Positions 42,601 to 56,300 are shown, counted from the first letter of the stretch. The stretch: 64,000 bases of DNA from Malacoraja senta (GCA_038087875.1 JAXLNO010000433.1:1-64000); one strand, 5' to 3'. Notes: generated from the letters alone by a model not told the origin. Made by a program: numbers and translations.

Positions 42601-45600
42601 TCTCCTGATGAGGAAATGTACTGCTTTTTGGTGCTATCCCTCTAAGCTGCCGTGACCACGTCCACGGTTCGGTCTGACAACCCGAGCCCCAGGAACGGTC
42701 TTCGTAGAGTCTGCAAATCAATAAATTGATTCTATCATGCTTCCCGAGTCACGGGATGAACCAGCAAATTTTTGTGTTTAGAGATAACCATATAAGGTTC
42801 TATAATCATTCCCAACATCAGCGGGAACCATGGCTGCATAGGCCAGTCAGGCACTACGAAAATGCCTGAAGCGGAATCTTGCTGGATTTTTTGCAAGACC
42901 CGACTGATGAGGCAAAATGGAGGAAAGGCATAAAAGAACATTCCTCCCCAGCGTAGCGAGAATGCATCTATCGCCACTGCCCCTGGGTCTGGCTGCCATG
43001 CCACATAGTTTTGCAACTGGTGATTGAGCCTAGATGCAAACAAATCGATATTTGGTGTTCCATATCGAGCAACAATGTCATTAAATAATTTGTGATCCAA
43101 CATCCATTCTATGTTGTCATTAAATTACGTGACGATACACCAGCGCCAAATGAGGTTAGGTAAACTATCACAGGATACTGACTTGATTCGACCCATGTGA
43201 TTAATATATGCCACCACCATCGTGTTATCAACTTGTAGTTCAGCATGCAGATTATGCATATTCGCACAATAAGCCTTTAACCCATAGAATGCCCCCAGTG
43301 TCTCAAGTTAGTTGATACCATATAACTGAAGAATTGGTAACTCATGCATATCCCATCCGCCTCCCTAACTAGAGATGGTATTGTTAAATTCCCATCTATG
43401 AGCACGAGCATCAGTTTGTAATATAACTGAAGGTTTACTGATCAAAAATGTTACTGGAGCAATGCTGAATACTGTTCGTCCACCATTGTAACTCTGATAG
43501 CTTCAGCTGGTAATAGCATAGGTCTGTTAACAATGACCTAAATGGTACTTGAGAGCTTTCTCCTTTGCACATTGTAAGTTCTGATAATGCAAAGGCCAAA
43601 ATTGTGCAGCTGGAAAAACAGCCACGATATTGCTAATTATTCTAGCCACCTGACGAATAGAAGGCTGCTTCATAACAACAAGGTTGTTACAGGCTTCTAT
43701 TAATTCTAATCTCTTGCCCCAGGGCAGAGTCACAGACATATTAATGGAGTTAAAGGTAAATCCCAAATGATCAATAACTCTAGTTGGTATCAACTTAAAT
43801 TTAACTGGATGGTTGAGAAACCCCAATTTCTCAAATATTAGTTTCGCGGATGAAACAGCTAATTTAGCCAAATACAGCATTTTAGAAAATCATCCAGTTG
43901 GCCATAACAATGTGTTTTTGAGCTCTAAGCAGCCCAAGCACCGGCTTTAATAATTTGTTATATAACATGGGAGCTGAATTTAGCCCATTTTGCAACACTT
44001 TAAACTGAATAGTATGCATCTTTGAGATCGATGCATGCCATAAAGCATCCTTTGGGAATCAGTTGTTAGACAGCAATGAACTTTTCCATTTTAAAATGTC
44101 TATACTGCACATCTGAGTTAAGTGTGAGTTAAATGAAGGATGATCCGACATCCTCCATCTTTCTTTTTTGGAGGCGCAGGGTGTCGTCACCGAAACGGTG
44201 AAGCTTTGCTCGTCGTGGGTGCTTTAATTAACCCAACAGCATTTGCTTCCTCATCCAGATCTTTTACTTGTTTGGATATCTGCTTGTATATCCAAACCTT
44301 TTTGTTTGGAATGAATTAATGCCAAACTTGGTGTATATTGTATGGGTGGCAATGAGTTAAAGGAAAATTCAATTTGGAACCCTTGCATACTGTGCAGTAT
44401 AAACTGATCTGATGTTATCCTTTTATGTTAAAAACAGATCTGATGTTATCCATTGCCATTCGTGCAAAAACCAAGTGTAATCTATCACCAACTTGTAACT
44501 GGTCCACACACCTCATGTTTCGGAAAGAACCAGACCCACCTACCTCCATGGTTACCGGTGGTCTTATGGCAAGCCCAAAGGCACCTGATGCGGGTTCTAT
44601 TTCCGTCCTCGCGATTTGGAGGGTAGGACTGCTAGGGTGCGAGGATTGCGCATTTTCCCTGAGGGCCGGCTTGGGCCTTGGCCTAAAAGACCTCTGCCCA
44701 GAGAATCAGCTTTCGAGCTGCCACCAGCTTCAGTGAATCGCTTACTGCTGATGGAGTTGTAGGGGTGTTGTCGCAGAAACGGTGAAGCTTTGCTCGTCGT
44801 TGGTACCTTGATTAGTCTGACAGCTTTTGCTTTCTCATCCAGGTCTTTTACCCATTTGGGTAGGTCTTCCCCGAAGAGAAGATTCGGCGGCTGGACTTTG
44901 CTGGCCTTACATAAGCCTGCAAATTTGGGATTTAAGGCAGGTCTGATGGCGTTCTACTGAAAGCAGTTCATTTCAAAGTGTGCATTGCACATCAATGCCA
45001 GGGCATCCTGCTGGACGTCCGATAAGTGCCTGCCATCCACAGATCTGGAAAAGGCCGTGATGCCTGAGTCCAGTAATTTTAAAAATTTGTTGGAGTTTCA
45101 TTTCCTGGGTTTTGATGCCCCCTCCAATATCCCCCCAGATAGCGCTGTTCACTGCCGGCACCTTCAGGAATGCACAATTTACAGGTGTATGGTATTTTGC
45201 AGCCGGTCACCTGTTCCTGTAATGATGTGATGTGAGGTAGTTGATGCTGGAAGCCAGCTCTTCTTGCAGCGGCTCCTTTGTTTGCGAGGGTATCGCAAAC
45301 CTTGATGCCATGGCAGACAATTCTTGAACCTCACGCATGCATTCCAATATGTTCCATTTTGGTGCTATCCCTCTACGGACATACTTCCGAATTCGGAGTC
45401 AGTCATACACTGACCCCTGGCACTCCCCTCCACAGAGAGGGAGATTTTTAAGCAGCCCTGGAACAGGCGCTGCCGCAGGCCCCCGAGGAGACCTGCGCTG
45501 TATGGCACCGTTTCACGGAGCATATCATGATGGAGCATCCTCTGTGGGATGAACGCCCGAGGACTCTATCCATGCTCCATCTGGAATAAACGCCTGAGGA

Positions 45601-46032
45601 CGTTACCCATGTTTGTCGGAGGGGAACCCTCCTGGCCTGACTCGTCTGATTACACGGTCCTCTTCAGACTCCGTTTGGCTTTGCCCCATTTCGGTCTGAA
45701 TTCTGAAGTCGTTGACCGCAATGTCAGCGACTCGGGCAGCGAACCCGCCGGCCGCCGGCTAGCCGCACTCCCGTGGTCCTCCGTAGCCGGTTTCCCCGCG
45801 GCCTGTCTGGATTTCGCCCCTGATTTCCATATCCAGCAGGAAACTCTGTAAAAGAGATTCCTGCAACCAAAAAATACAACCTAAAAATAAGTTTAAAACT
45901 TACCTGCAGGGTTTGAAACTTACCGCTGGATGAGCGACGCTCCTCCCAGCCAGTCGTTGCGCCATGCGTTTGACGCGCATGCGGGCTGGCGGGCTTCTTC
46001 ACGTAGTCACTCACGTGACTCCGAAGTAAAAT
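39625..46032 (-). mobile_element. Second DIRS1-like element, 3'-truncated, interrupted by L1
   Basis: YR (LMALVSAQRIQSL), MT (NIDLFAS...YAFPP), RT and gag-like fragments; 5' end sequence matches that of the first DIRS. Confidence 0.88.
40128..42483 (-). mobile_element. 5'-truncated, 5'-inverted L1 retrotransposon with 15-bp TSD
   Basis: Poly(A) (T run at 40127-40143); 515-aa ORF2 C-terminus (FKYLGI, CCHC-like CDKC...HSFVFC) on -; inverted RT segment 42118-42483 on + (RQGCSLSP, YADD); TSD AGTTAATGGCACTAT at 40113-40127 and 42484-42498. Confidence 0.93.
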
Positions 46033-46078
46033 ATTCAGATGAAGATGAGATGGAATGTAAAGCAAAGGATTGGGGAAA

Positions 46079-46210
<132 letters not shown>

Positions 46211-47534
46211 CCAGCCCCAAGCAGCAGCCCAGTTTCAAGCAACAGCCCAGCATGGGAGACCCAGCCCAGCCCAGCATGGGAGACCCAGCCCAGCCCAGCC
46301 CAGAGTCAGGGACCCAGCCCAGCCCAGAGTCGGAGACTCTGGCTCGAAGGGGTCGAATGGCCTCCTCCGGCACCTATTTTCTATGTTTCTATGACCCAGC
46401 CCAGCCCAGTCGGGGATGTCGCTGACGTCACCAAACAGAAAGCTGAGACCCTGATCCTGGCGGAGGAGAATGACCAGCGACCAGCGCCCCCTGTGAGGCC
46501 CCCTCACACCGCCAATTCCAACCACTACCCCTCTGGTCCCCCTCGCTGGCTCCTCCCCAGCTCCCCCATGATGCCCCCCCTCCCCCATGGCTCTTGCCAC
46601 GTCCTTATTCTGAGCTCACTCCCCTCTCCCCCCACACAACCCCCCTGCCCACACACCCCTCCCCCCCACAAGCCACCCTGCCCACACACCCCACTGCGCA
46701 CACACCACCCACGCACACACCCCACCACCCATACACCCGCCCGCTCACACTACCCACTGCCCGCACACCACCCCCGCACACATCCCGCCACCCACACACC
46801 CGCCCGCTCACACTACCCATGCCCACACACCACCCCAAACACCACACCACACACACTCCACCACACACACATCCACACACCCACACACATATCAACAGAT
46901 ACACCTTTGACAGGTACACATAGACACACACATAAACTAGACACAAACAATGCAACACTTTTTGGGTTATTTTAAGTTAAAGGTAATAGCCCCCCTCATT
47001 TGCAAAAGCATCTTGGTGGTGGGGGGGGGGGGGTCTGTAACATTAATATAGGCTCATTGTAACTTAAAATGAATACTTATCGAGTAAACAACAGACTATT
47101 CGATTCTTGGTCAAGATGTGACATTTACATCAGAAATAAGACTTTTTACCCTCACAGGTTTGTCCCCCAGCCTGGCTCTGCCCCAGTCCCACTATGGCCA
47201 TGACCCCCACTGTGCACACTGGCAGTCAGTGGCGTTCAGTAAACGGGGGAACCCACAGAATCTGTCCTGACCCATTAATTAGGCTGGTTCAGGAGCCGGA
47301 CTTCTGCGGCAGTCTCATTCATAATACACACTCACAATTATATTCATTATATTGTTTTTATATAATATAATTATATATATTTATATAAAACTACAGTGTC
47401 ATATACACGTCATATATATATAGATATATATATATGGAAGAATAATATATGGTTTAAATAGCAGCACGGAATTAGGCTCCACATGGTGTAATATGAGCAT
47501 TGAACACTAGATGTAATATGAGCATTGAACACTA

Positions 47535-47660
47535 GTCTGAAGAAGGGTTTCGGGCCGAAACGTTGCCTGTTTCCTTCGCTCCATAGATGCTGCTGCACCC
47601 GCTGAGTTTCTCCAGCATTTTTGTGTACCTTCGATTTTCCAGCATCTGCAGTTCCTTCTT
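47535..47660 (+). mobile_element. Penelope-derived short repeat with hammerhead motif and TSD
   Basis: GT-CTGAAGA-AGGGTTTCGGGCC-GAAAC-GTT; AACACTAG flanks both sides. Confidence 0.6.
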
Positions 47661-47887
47661 TAACACTAGATGGTGCTTATTTTTTCAATTTCATTTTCTA
47701 ATTAGCTTAATTAATTAATGTGCAGCTTTTGGCACTGACTAGTTATGACATCCTTCTCAATAATATTTTATAATTGTCCGTATCGTATATTTTATAATTA
47801 TAATTCGTGACCCAAGTCTGGGATCTACTTGACATGGGTCACGAAAGTTAAATTCTAGACACATTTTCGATGTTCGGCCCACAGCCT

Positions 47888-48705
47888 AAATGTGAGGTTA
47901 TCCACTTTGGTGGCAAGAACAAGAAGTCAGATTATTATCTGAATGGTGTCAGATTAGGAAAAGGAGAAGTACGAGCCCTGGGTGTCCTTGTACATCAGTC
48001 ACTGAAAGTAAGCATGCAGGTACAACAGGCAGTGAAGAAAGCTAATGGCATGTTGGCCTTCATAACGAGAGGATTTGAGTATAGGGGTAATGAGGTCCTT
48101 CTGCAGTTGTACAGGGCCCTGGTGAGACCACATCTGGAGTATTGTGTGCAGTTTGGTCTCCTAATTTGAGGAAGGACATCCTTGCTATTGAGGCAGTGCA
48201 GCATAGGATCACCAGGTTAATTCCCGGGATGGCGACACTGTCATATGATGAAAGAATGGAACAACTGGGCTTGTATTCACTGGAATTTAGAAGGATTTGA
48301 GGGGATTTTATAGAAACATATAAAATTATAAAAGAATTGGACTGCTAGATCCAGGGATTTGACACATGACATGCAGGAAACATGGTCCCGATGTTGGGGG
48401 AGTCCAGAACCAGGGGCCACAGTTTAAGAATAAGGGGTAGATCATTTACAACTGAGATGAGAAAAACTTTTTCACCCAGGGAGTTGTGAATTTGTGGAAT
48501 TCTCTGCCTCTAAAGGCAGTGGAGGCCGATTCACTGGATGCATTTAAAAGAGTTAGGTAGACCTCTTAGGGTTAACGGAATCAAGGGATATGGGGAGAAG
48601 GCAGGAACGGGACACTGATTGTGGATGATCAGCCATGATAACATTGAATGTTAAACGCTGGCTCGAAGGGCCGAATGGCCTACTCCTGCACCCATTTTCT
48701 ATGTA
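47888..48705 (+). mobile_element. 5'-truncated CR1 LINE
   Basis: KCEVIHFGGKN...RPHLEYCVQF and CR1 3' UTR with TTTTCTATGT tail. Confidence 0.9.
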
Positions 48706-48714
48706 TATATGTGA

Positions 48715-51010
48715 CTTGCTAATCTTGCCCTTGATGTTCTCATCCAAATCCATCATGTAGATGACAAACAGTAATGGGCCCAGCACCGAACCCTGAGGCA
48801 CACCACTAGTCACAGGCCTCCAGTCCGAGAAGCAACCTTCCACCATCACCCTCTGCTTTCTTCCATGGAGCCAATTTGCTATCCATTCAGCTCTCTCTCC
48901 TTGGATCCCATGCAACCTAACCTTCCAAAGCAGTCTACCATGCGGAACCATGTTGAATGCTTTACCGAAGTCCATGTACACAACATCTACAGCTCTGCCC
49001 TCATCAACCTATTTGGTCACATCTTCAAAAAAAACAATCAGATTTGTAAGTCAGGATCTCCCACATAAAGAACCATGCTGACTATTCCTAATCATCCCTT
49101 ACCCATCCAAATGCCTGTATAACGTTTCCCTCAGAATACTCTGTAGTAACTTTCCAACTACAGATGTTATGCTCACTGGCCTATAGTTCCCAGCATTTTC
49201 CCTGCAGCTCTTCTTGAAAAGAGGCACAACATTTGCCACCCTCCAGTCATCAGGCACCTCTCCTGTATTTAAGGACGACTCATAATTTTCAACCAAGGCT
49301 CCCACAATTTCCTCTCTAGTTTCCCACAATGTTCTGATATCTGATCATGCCCTGGAGATTTGTCTACCTTCATACATGACAGTACGACGGAAACACTGAC
49401 TGCGCTCAAGACACTTCAAAGGTTTCAAAGGTCTTTTATTGTCACATGTACCAATTAAGGAACATTGATATGCAAATTACCCTAGCAACAAGACACACAT
49501 CTACATAAAGGTTAACATAAACATCCACCACAGCGGATTCCCCACATTCCTCACTGTGATGGAAGGCAAAAAAGTCCAACCTTCTTCCTCTTTATACTCC
49601 CGCAGGGCGATCGAAGCTCCCGCAGCCGGCGGTTGAAGCCCCCATGTCAGGGCGATTGAAACTCCCGCGTTGGGGCGGTCGAACTTCCTGCGGCTTGGAG
49701 TTCCCGAAGTCGGTCTCTGACCAGAGACCGCAAGCTCCGTGATGTTAAGTCCGCAGGCACTCATGGTTGGAGCTCCGCAGACCATCCCTGGCAAAGAGAT
49801 TGCGGGCTCCGTTATGTTATAGTCCCGTAGGCTCCCCGCGGTCGAGCTCTCTAAAGTCGGTCTCCATGATGTTTGGACACACTGCGGATGGAGATACGAT
49901 ACGGAAAAAAATTGCATCTCCGGTGAGGTAAGACATTAAAAAATAAAATCCCCAACCCCCCACATAAAACAAGCTAAAGAACACTATAAACTTACATTTA
50001 ACACATACTATTAAATCACAAAGTAGGGACAGACAGACTGTTGGCGAGGCAGCCATTGCTGGCACCACCTGGAGGTTAATTGACCTACTTCCATTGACTG
50101 GCACAAGTTCCTCCGTCCTACTGTTATTCTCCTCGATAAATACAGAGGAGAAATACTCATTGAGGACCTTGCCCATCTCCTTTGATTCCTGAGAAGTCCC
50201 ACTCTCTCTAGTTACCCTTTTACCCCTTACGTATTTATAAAATTCTTTGGGATTTACCTTAATGCTACCTGCCAGAGCTATTTCCTGGCCCATTTTTTCC
50301 CTCCAGATCTCCCTTTTCAGTTTACTCCTTAGTTCCCAAAACTCATCCAGGGATGCACTTGATCCCAGCTGCCTATACCTGTCCCAGGCAATCTTCTTGT
50401 TTTTGACCAACACCTAGGGTTGCCAACTTTCTCACTCCCAAATAAGGAACAAACGGTCAAAATATGGCACAAAGTTGTGACGGCAATTCGTTGTCCGACT
50501 CAGCCATTGCTCGATGAGTGATGGGTTGGCCTGGATGCTGGACTGCACGCAAAGCCCAGCCGGCTGGTCAGATGAGGAGTTTTGGCCCGGACGACGTCAC
50601 CCACAAAGTCCGACACCCCGTCCAACTCATGAACCGATGATCGTCCATGAAAAGGAGGGGTGGTGGTGTCAGCGATAATCGAAGGTATGATGGTCGGAGA
50701 ACTGGCCGGGCTGCCGACCGACGGGGCCACGGGCAAGGCGCTGCTGCTGCACTCCATGGGCTGGACTACATTGGGACGGGTGAGGTGGGGCTGGACGCGG
50801 TGGTCTGACCTGACAGTCCATTCGACCTGAGTATTGCAGTCAAATACGCGACAAGTGCGGTCTTGTATGGGACAAACCAATGTACAGGATGCCCCGGCTA
50901 ATGCGGGACAGTTGGCAACCCTACCAATGCCTTGTCAGCCAAGCTTCCTTACGTTTGCCTGCTTTGCCCTTCATTCTAACTGGGTCGTACATATCCTGAG
51001 CTTTTGTCAG
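48715..51010 (-). mobile_element. CR1 ORF2 fragment with nested insertions
   Basis: ORFs GNYRPVSITSVVGKLL and [14 protein letters not shown]; interrupted by a SINE-like insert (about 49415-50085) and a hAT MITE. Confidence 0.8.
50415..50923. mobile_element. hAT-type MITE with 8-bp TSD
   Basis: TIRs TAGGGTTGCCAAC / GTTGGCAACCCTA; flanks CCAACACC and CCAATGCC (CpG-decayed copies of CCAACGCC). Confidence 0.88.
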
Positions 51011-51660
51011 CACACTTTTAAAAATGGTCGGCGCCCTCAGTGGGCCGAAGGGCCTGTTTCCCTGCTGTATATCTAAACTAAACTGAACTAATCTAAACTA
51101 AAGAAGGGGAGTTGTGAGTTCAAAACTCATAGACTCCCCGACCAACAGAGTGAATCTGGTCAATTCATTAATGTGGGTAATATCTGAGTCCAGATATTAT
51201 GTTTCACACATCATTTTGAATGCGGCCTTGCAAAATGAAAAACGTTTTTTAAATTCAAAATCAACTTTATTCAGAATATACAGTATATACAAAACAAGAA
51301 CTGGGAAAAATACTACCGACATTCTCGGAGGCTGAACATACATTTGTTTGCATCGCTTCGTAATGTTCACAAATATTTTGCCTGGCACCCTTGTCATTCA
51401 TGTGGCCTCCTGGGGTGATATCCCTTCTCTCATTTGAGGGCAAAGAGATAAACGTTATTATCCGTTGGGCACAAAGAGTCAAAGACGACTGGTGATAACT
51501 GACAGACATGATAAACAGGCAGAGAAAAGACCACCCAAGCAGGCCGTGTCTGACGAATGCACTGATTCTGTTGCTAACCTGCTCTGGGCTTGTAATTGGA
51601 TCCAGGCAGTTCCGCCACAGGCACACTGCAAGATCATTGTCATCATTTCTTGCAAAAGCT

Positions 51661-51705
51661 AGTTTCACTTTCGAGGTTAAGTTTCTATTCAGCATCAGGA
51701 AAAGA
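51661..51705 (+). promoter_or_regulatory. Candidate ISRE enhancer module
   Basis: AGTTTCACTTTCG followed by AGTTTCTATTC..TCAGGAAAAGA, resembling the promoter B module. Confidence 0.55.
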
Positions 51706-51810
51706 CTGAGTGAGGAAATCATTGCCTGCAGCACCCTTCTCAATCGACACAACAGTAAAAGAGCAGCTAAAGCTGTGAAAAGGAATTCAAAGAGCTTTGT
51801 ATCTAATGAA

Positions 51811-51998
51811 GGTAGACAAAAATAGCTGGAGAAACTCAGCGGGTGCGGCAGCATCTATGGAGCGAAGGAAATAGGCAACGTTTCGGCCTGAAACGTTGCC
51901 TATTTCCTTCTCTCCATAGATGCTGCCGCACTCGCTGAATTTCTCCAGCTATTTTGTCTACCTTCGATTTTCCAGCATCTGCAGTTCCTTCTTGAAAA
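51811..51998. mobile_element. Palindromic Penelope-derived short insertion with 16-bp TSD
   Basis: ~155-nt near-perfect hairpin (51808-51965); TSD CTTTGTATCTAATGAA at 51795-51810 and 51999-52014. Confidence 0.85.
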
Positions 51999-52844
51999 CT
52001 TTGTATCTAATGAACACGATGAAGTAGAGAACACTGTAAATCCTTCTGTGTTAAGTTGATGTGTTAATCATTGTTGGTTTGAAAGTCTGTGTAATGTGTT
52101 ACGTTATATTTGATGCATGTAGTTGTTGCTGTATGTTCAGAGATACATCATTAAATGTAGGTTACCGTGCAGAAAGAAAGTTATTTCAAGCTGATTAATT
52201 TTCATTATTAGAACATCTTATCTCCTATCTGGCAAAATTACAGCCAAACTTCAGAAAGCAAATGTTTTTGTTGTTATTCAGACTACTTGCATGTGTCATA
52301 GTTTCTCTGTCATTGTGGTTACATATGTGTTCTATAGACAAAAGTGGGCTTTTTGATCCACCATCTACACTAATTCTATTTGATACCAGTTCAATGGATA
52401 TTTATTGTCACAAATGCAAATAATCAGTACATAGTGAAATTCATTTTGCATACAATGCCGGTGCCATCATGTGTGGTGCCATTTCATTGAGTTCACCCTC
52501 TGGATTCCTATGTGCTCGTTCTACCGGAGCGACCCGATCCCCTCCGTCGCCCACGACCGGCTCGGCCCGCGAACCGTCGTCCCTCTCATCTCCTCGCCAG
52601 ACATCTTATCTCCCGGGGGCAACCTCCTGCAGCCTACCTTCGAGGCACTGGAGGCATTACCTCTGTTCACCTTCCTACCGGCCCTTGCTCTCCACACCCA
52701 ATGTCTCGGGCGCATTTACCGAGCGCCTGGACTCGCTTGGAGGCTCCTTGGACGCGGAACCGCCCGATAGCTCATCGGACGTGGAATACTGGGATGGAGT
52801 TGCTGGAGACATTGGGCGTGGAGAGCAAGCGCCGGTAGGAAGGT

Positions 52845-54305
52845 GAACTCCAGTGAAAAGAAGCCTAGTCTTTTCAATCTTTCCTCATATGACAGTCCCG
52901 CCATCCCAGGGATCAATGTTGTGAACCTACGCTGCATTGCCTCAATCACAAGGATGTCCTTCCTCAAATTAGGAGACCAAAACTGTACACAATACTCCAG
53001 ATGTGGTCTTACCAGAGCCCTATACAACTGCAGAAGAACCTCTCTACTCCTATACTGAAATCCTCTTGTTATGAAGGGCAACATTCCATTAGCTTTCTTC
53101 ACTGCCTGCTGTACCTGCACACCAACTTTCAGTGACCTGCGTACAAGGACACCCAGGTCTCACTGTACCTCCCCCTTACCTAACCTAACCCCATTGAGAT
53201 AATAATCTGCCCCCTTGTTTTTTCCGCCAAAGTGGATAACCTCACATGTATCTATATTATACTACATCTGCCATGCATCTGTCGACTCACTCAACCTGTC
53301 CAGGTCACCCTGCAAACTCCTAACATCCTCTTCACAGTTCACACTGCCACCCAGCTTTGTGTCATCAGCAAACTTGCTAGTGTTGCTCCTAATTCCCTCT
53401 TCCAAATCATTAATATATATGGTAAACAGTTGCGGCCCCAATACCGAGCCTTGCGGCACCCCACTCGCCACTGCCTGCCATTCTGAAAAGGACCCGTTCA
53501 CTCCTACTCTTTGCTTCCTGTCTGCCAACCAATTTTCTATCCACGTCAACACCCTACCCCCAATACCATGTGCTCTAATTTTAGTCACCAGTCTCCCGTG
53601 CGGGACCTTATCAAAGGTTTTCTGAAAGTCTAGATACACTACATCCACTAGCTCCCTTTCATCCATTTTACTTGTCACATCCTCAAAAAATTACAGAAGA
53701 TTAGTCAAGCATGATTTTCCTTTCATAAATCCATGTTGTCTTGGACTAATCCTTTCACTGCTATCCAAATGCCCCATTATTACCTCATTAATAATTGACT
53801 CCAGCATCTTTCCCACCACCGGTCAGGCTAACTGGTCTGTAATTCCCCGTTTTCTATCTCCCTCCTTTCTTGAAAAGTGGGATAACTTTAGCTATTCTCC
53901 AGTCCACAGGAACTGATCCTGAATCTATAGAACATTGGAAAATGATCACCAATGCATCCACTATTTCTCGAGCCACCTCCCTGAGGACCCTGGGATGCAG
54001 ACCATCAGGCCCAGGGGATTTATCATCCTTCAGTCCCGTTAGCCTACCCAATACTATTTCTCACCTAATGAAATTTTCTTTCAGTTCCTCTACCCCCTTA
54101 GATCCTCTGTCCTCCAGTACGTCTGGGAGATTCTTCCTTAGTGAAGACAGATCCGAAGTATCTGTTCAACTCTTCTGCCATTTCCTTGTTCCCCATAATA
54201 ATTTCACCCGTGTCTGCCTTCAAGGGACCCACATTTGACTTTGCTGTTCTTTTCCCTTAACATATCGAAAGAAGCTTTTACTGTCCTTCTTTATATTCCT
54301 GGCCG
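52845..54305 (-). mobile_element. CR1 ORF2 fragment
   Basis: ORFs [36 protein letters not shown]. Confidence 0.9.
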
Positions 54306-54309
54306 GCTT

Positions 54310-55170
54310 GTAGCATGCTTACTTGTACTGCCCAGGATCATTAGACTTGTACGTAGCGGTCATAGTCTTCATGTGCTTCATCCATGGATTGGGGAACAGT
54401 CCGATTGTCTTCATCGGCACGCACTCCTCTACGCACTTGCTGATGAAGCCAGTCACGGCAGTGGCGTACTCATTCAGATTAGCTGCAGATTCCCTGAATA
54501 TGGACTCAAAGCAATCAGTTAGGATGTCATCTGTGTCTGCAGACCAGCACTGAACTGTGTGCGGACGTGGCGTCAAAGGACGAGAAGCCGAAGCAAAGTA
54601 GTTGAAGCCAAATAACCGAATGGAAACAACGCCGAAACGCCAAATAACCGAAAGCTTACGAAGCTGAAACGCCAACTAACCAAAAGAGTGGGACGCCTAA
54701 AAGCAAACTAACCGAAAGGCTGCATCGCCTAAAAGCCAACTAACTGATTGGCCTTTCGTTTATTTGGCTTCCACTTCTTTGCTCTCATCCTTCGATGCCA
54801 CGTCCGGGTACCCATTGAACAACTCTCTGTACCAGATCCTCCTGCTTCCATTTTTATTTATAGGCACGGTGTAGATGCACAGCTAGATGGTCAGATTTAC
54901 TGAGATGTAACTGAGGGACAGAGCGGAAGGCATTGTATATTAATGTGTAGCAGTGGTAGAGGGTGTACTGGCACCAGGTAGGACAAGTACTGTGGTAGTA
55001 CCCCCCCTGAGGTTGGCTTGATTGAAGTCTGCAGCTACAACGACCAAGGATACAGAGTGTTTAATCTCAAGCCTATTGATAACGGAGTAAGATTCATTCA
55101 GAGCAAGCTTGATATCCACATGGGGATGGATGCAGACTGTTGGCAGGACAGCTGAGGTGAATTCACTCAT
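54310..55170 (-). mobile_element. Rex1-like fragment containing a MITE (54562-54806)
   Basis: ORF LTDCFES..NLNEYATAVTGFISKCVEECVP; MITE TIRs CGGACGTGGCGTCAAAGGA / TCCTTCGATGCCACGTCCG. Confidence 0.7.
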
Positions 55171-55171
55171 C

Positions 55172-56300
55172 ACATAGAAACATAGAAACATAGAAAATAG
55201 GTGCAGGAGCAGGCCATTCGGCCCTTCGAGCCTGCACCGCCATTCAATATGATCATGGCTGATCATCCAACTCAGTATCCTGTACCTGCCTTCTCTCCAT
55301 ACCCCCTGATCCCTTTAGCCACAAGGGCCTCATCTTACTCCCTCTTAAATATAGCCAATGAACTGGCCTCAACTACCTTCTGTGGCAGAGAGTTCCAGAG
55401 ATTCACCACTCTCTGTGTGAAAAATGTTTTTCTCATCTCGGTCCTAAAGGATTTCCCCTTTATACTTAAACTGTGACCCCTTGTCCTGGACTTCCCCAAC
55501 ATCGGGAACAATCTTCCTGCATCTAGCCTGTTCAACCCCTTAAGAATTTTGTAAGTTTCTATAAGATCCCCCCTCAATCTTCTTAATTCTAGCGAGTACA
55601 AGCCGAGCCTATCCAGTCTTTCTTCATATGAAAGTCCTGACATCCCAGGAATCAGTCTGGTGAACCTTCTCTGTACTCCCTCTATGGCAAGAATGTCTTT
55701 CCTCAGATTTGGAGACCAAAACTGTACACAATACTCCAGGTGTGGTCTCACCAAGACCCTGTACAACTGCAGTAGAACCTACCTGCTCCTATACTCAAAT
55801 CCTTTTGCTATGAATGATAACATACCATTCGCTTTCTTCACTGCCTGCTGCACCTGCATGCCTACTTTCAATGACTGGTGTACCATGACACCCAGGTCTC
55901 GTTGCATCTCCCCTTTTCCTAATCGGCCACCATTTAGATAATAGTCTACTTTCCTGTTTTTGCCCCCAAAGTGGATAACCTCACATTTATCCACATTATA
56001 CTGCATCTGCCATGCATTTGCCCACTCACCCAGCCTATCCAAATCACCTTGCAGCCTCCTAGCATCCTCCTCACAGCTAACACTGCCCCACAGCTTCGTG
56101 TCATCCGCAAACTTGGAGATGTTGCATTCAATTCCCTCGTCCAAATCATTAATATATATTGTAAATAGCTGGGGTCCCAGCACTGAGCCTTGCGGTACCC
56201 CACTAGTCACTGCCTGCCATTCTGAAAAGGACCCGTTTACTCCTACTCTTTGCTTCCTGTTTGCCAGCCAGTTCTCTATCCACATCAATACTGAACCCCC
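55172..56300 (-). mobile_element. 5'-truncated CR1 LINE
   Basis: RT motifs [11 protein letters not shown] and FADD; tail (TTCTATGT)n. Confidence 0.92.

Noticed and set aside
51267..51854. 195-aa minus-strand ORF
   Set aside because: Starts within a Penelope-derived repeat, has no recognisable domain, and overlaps an ISRE module; probably chance
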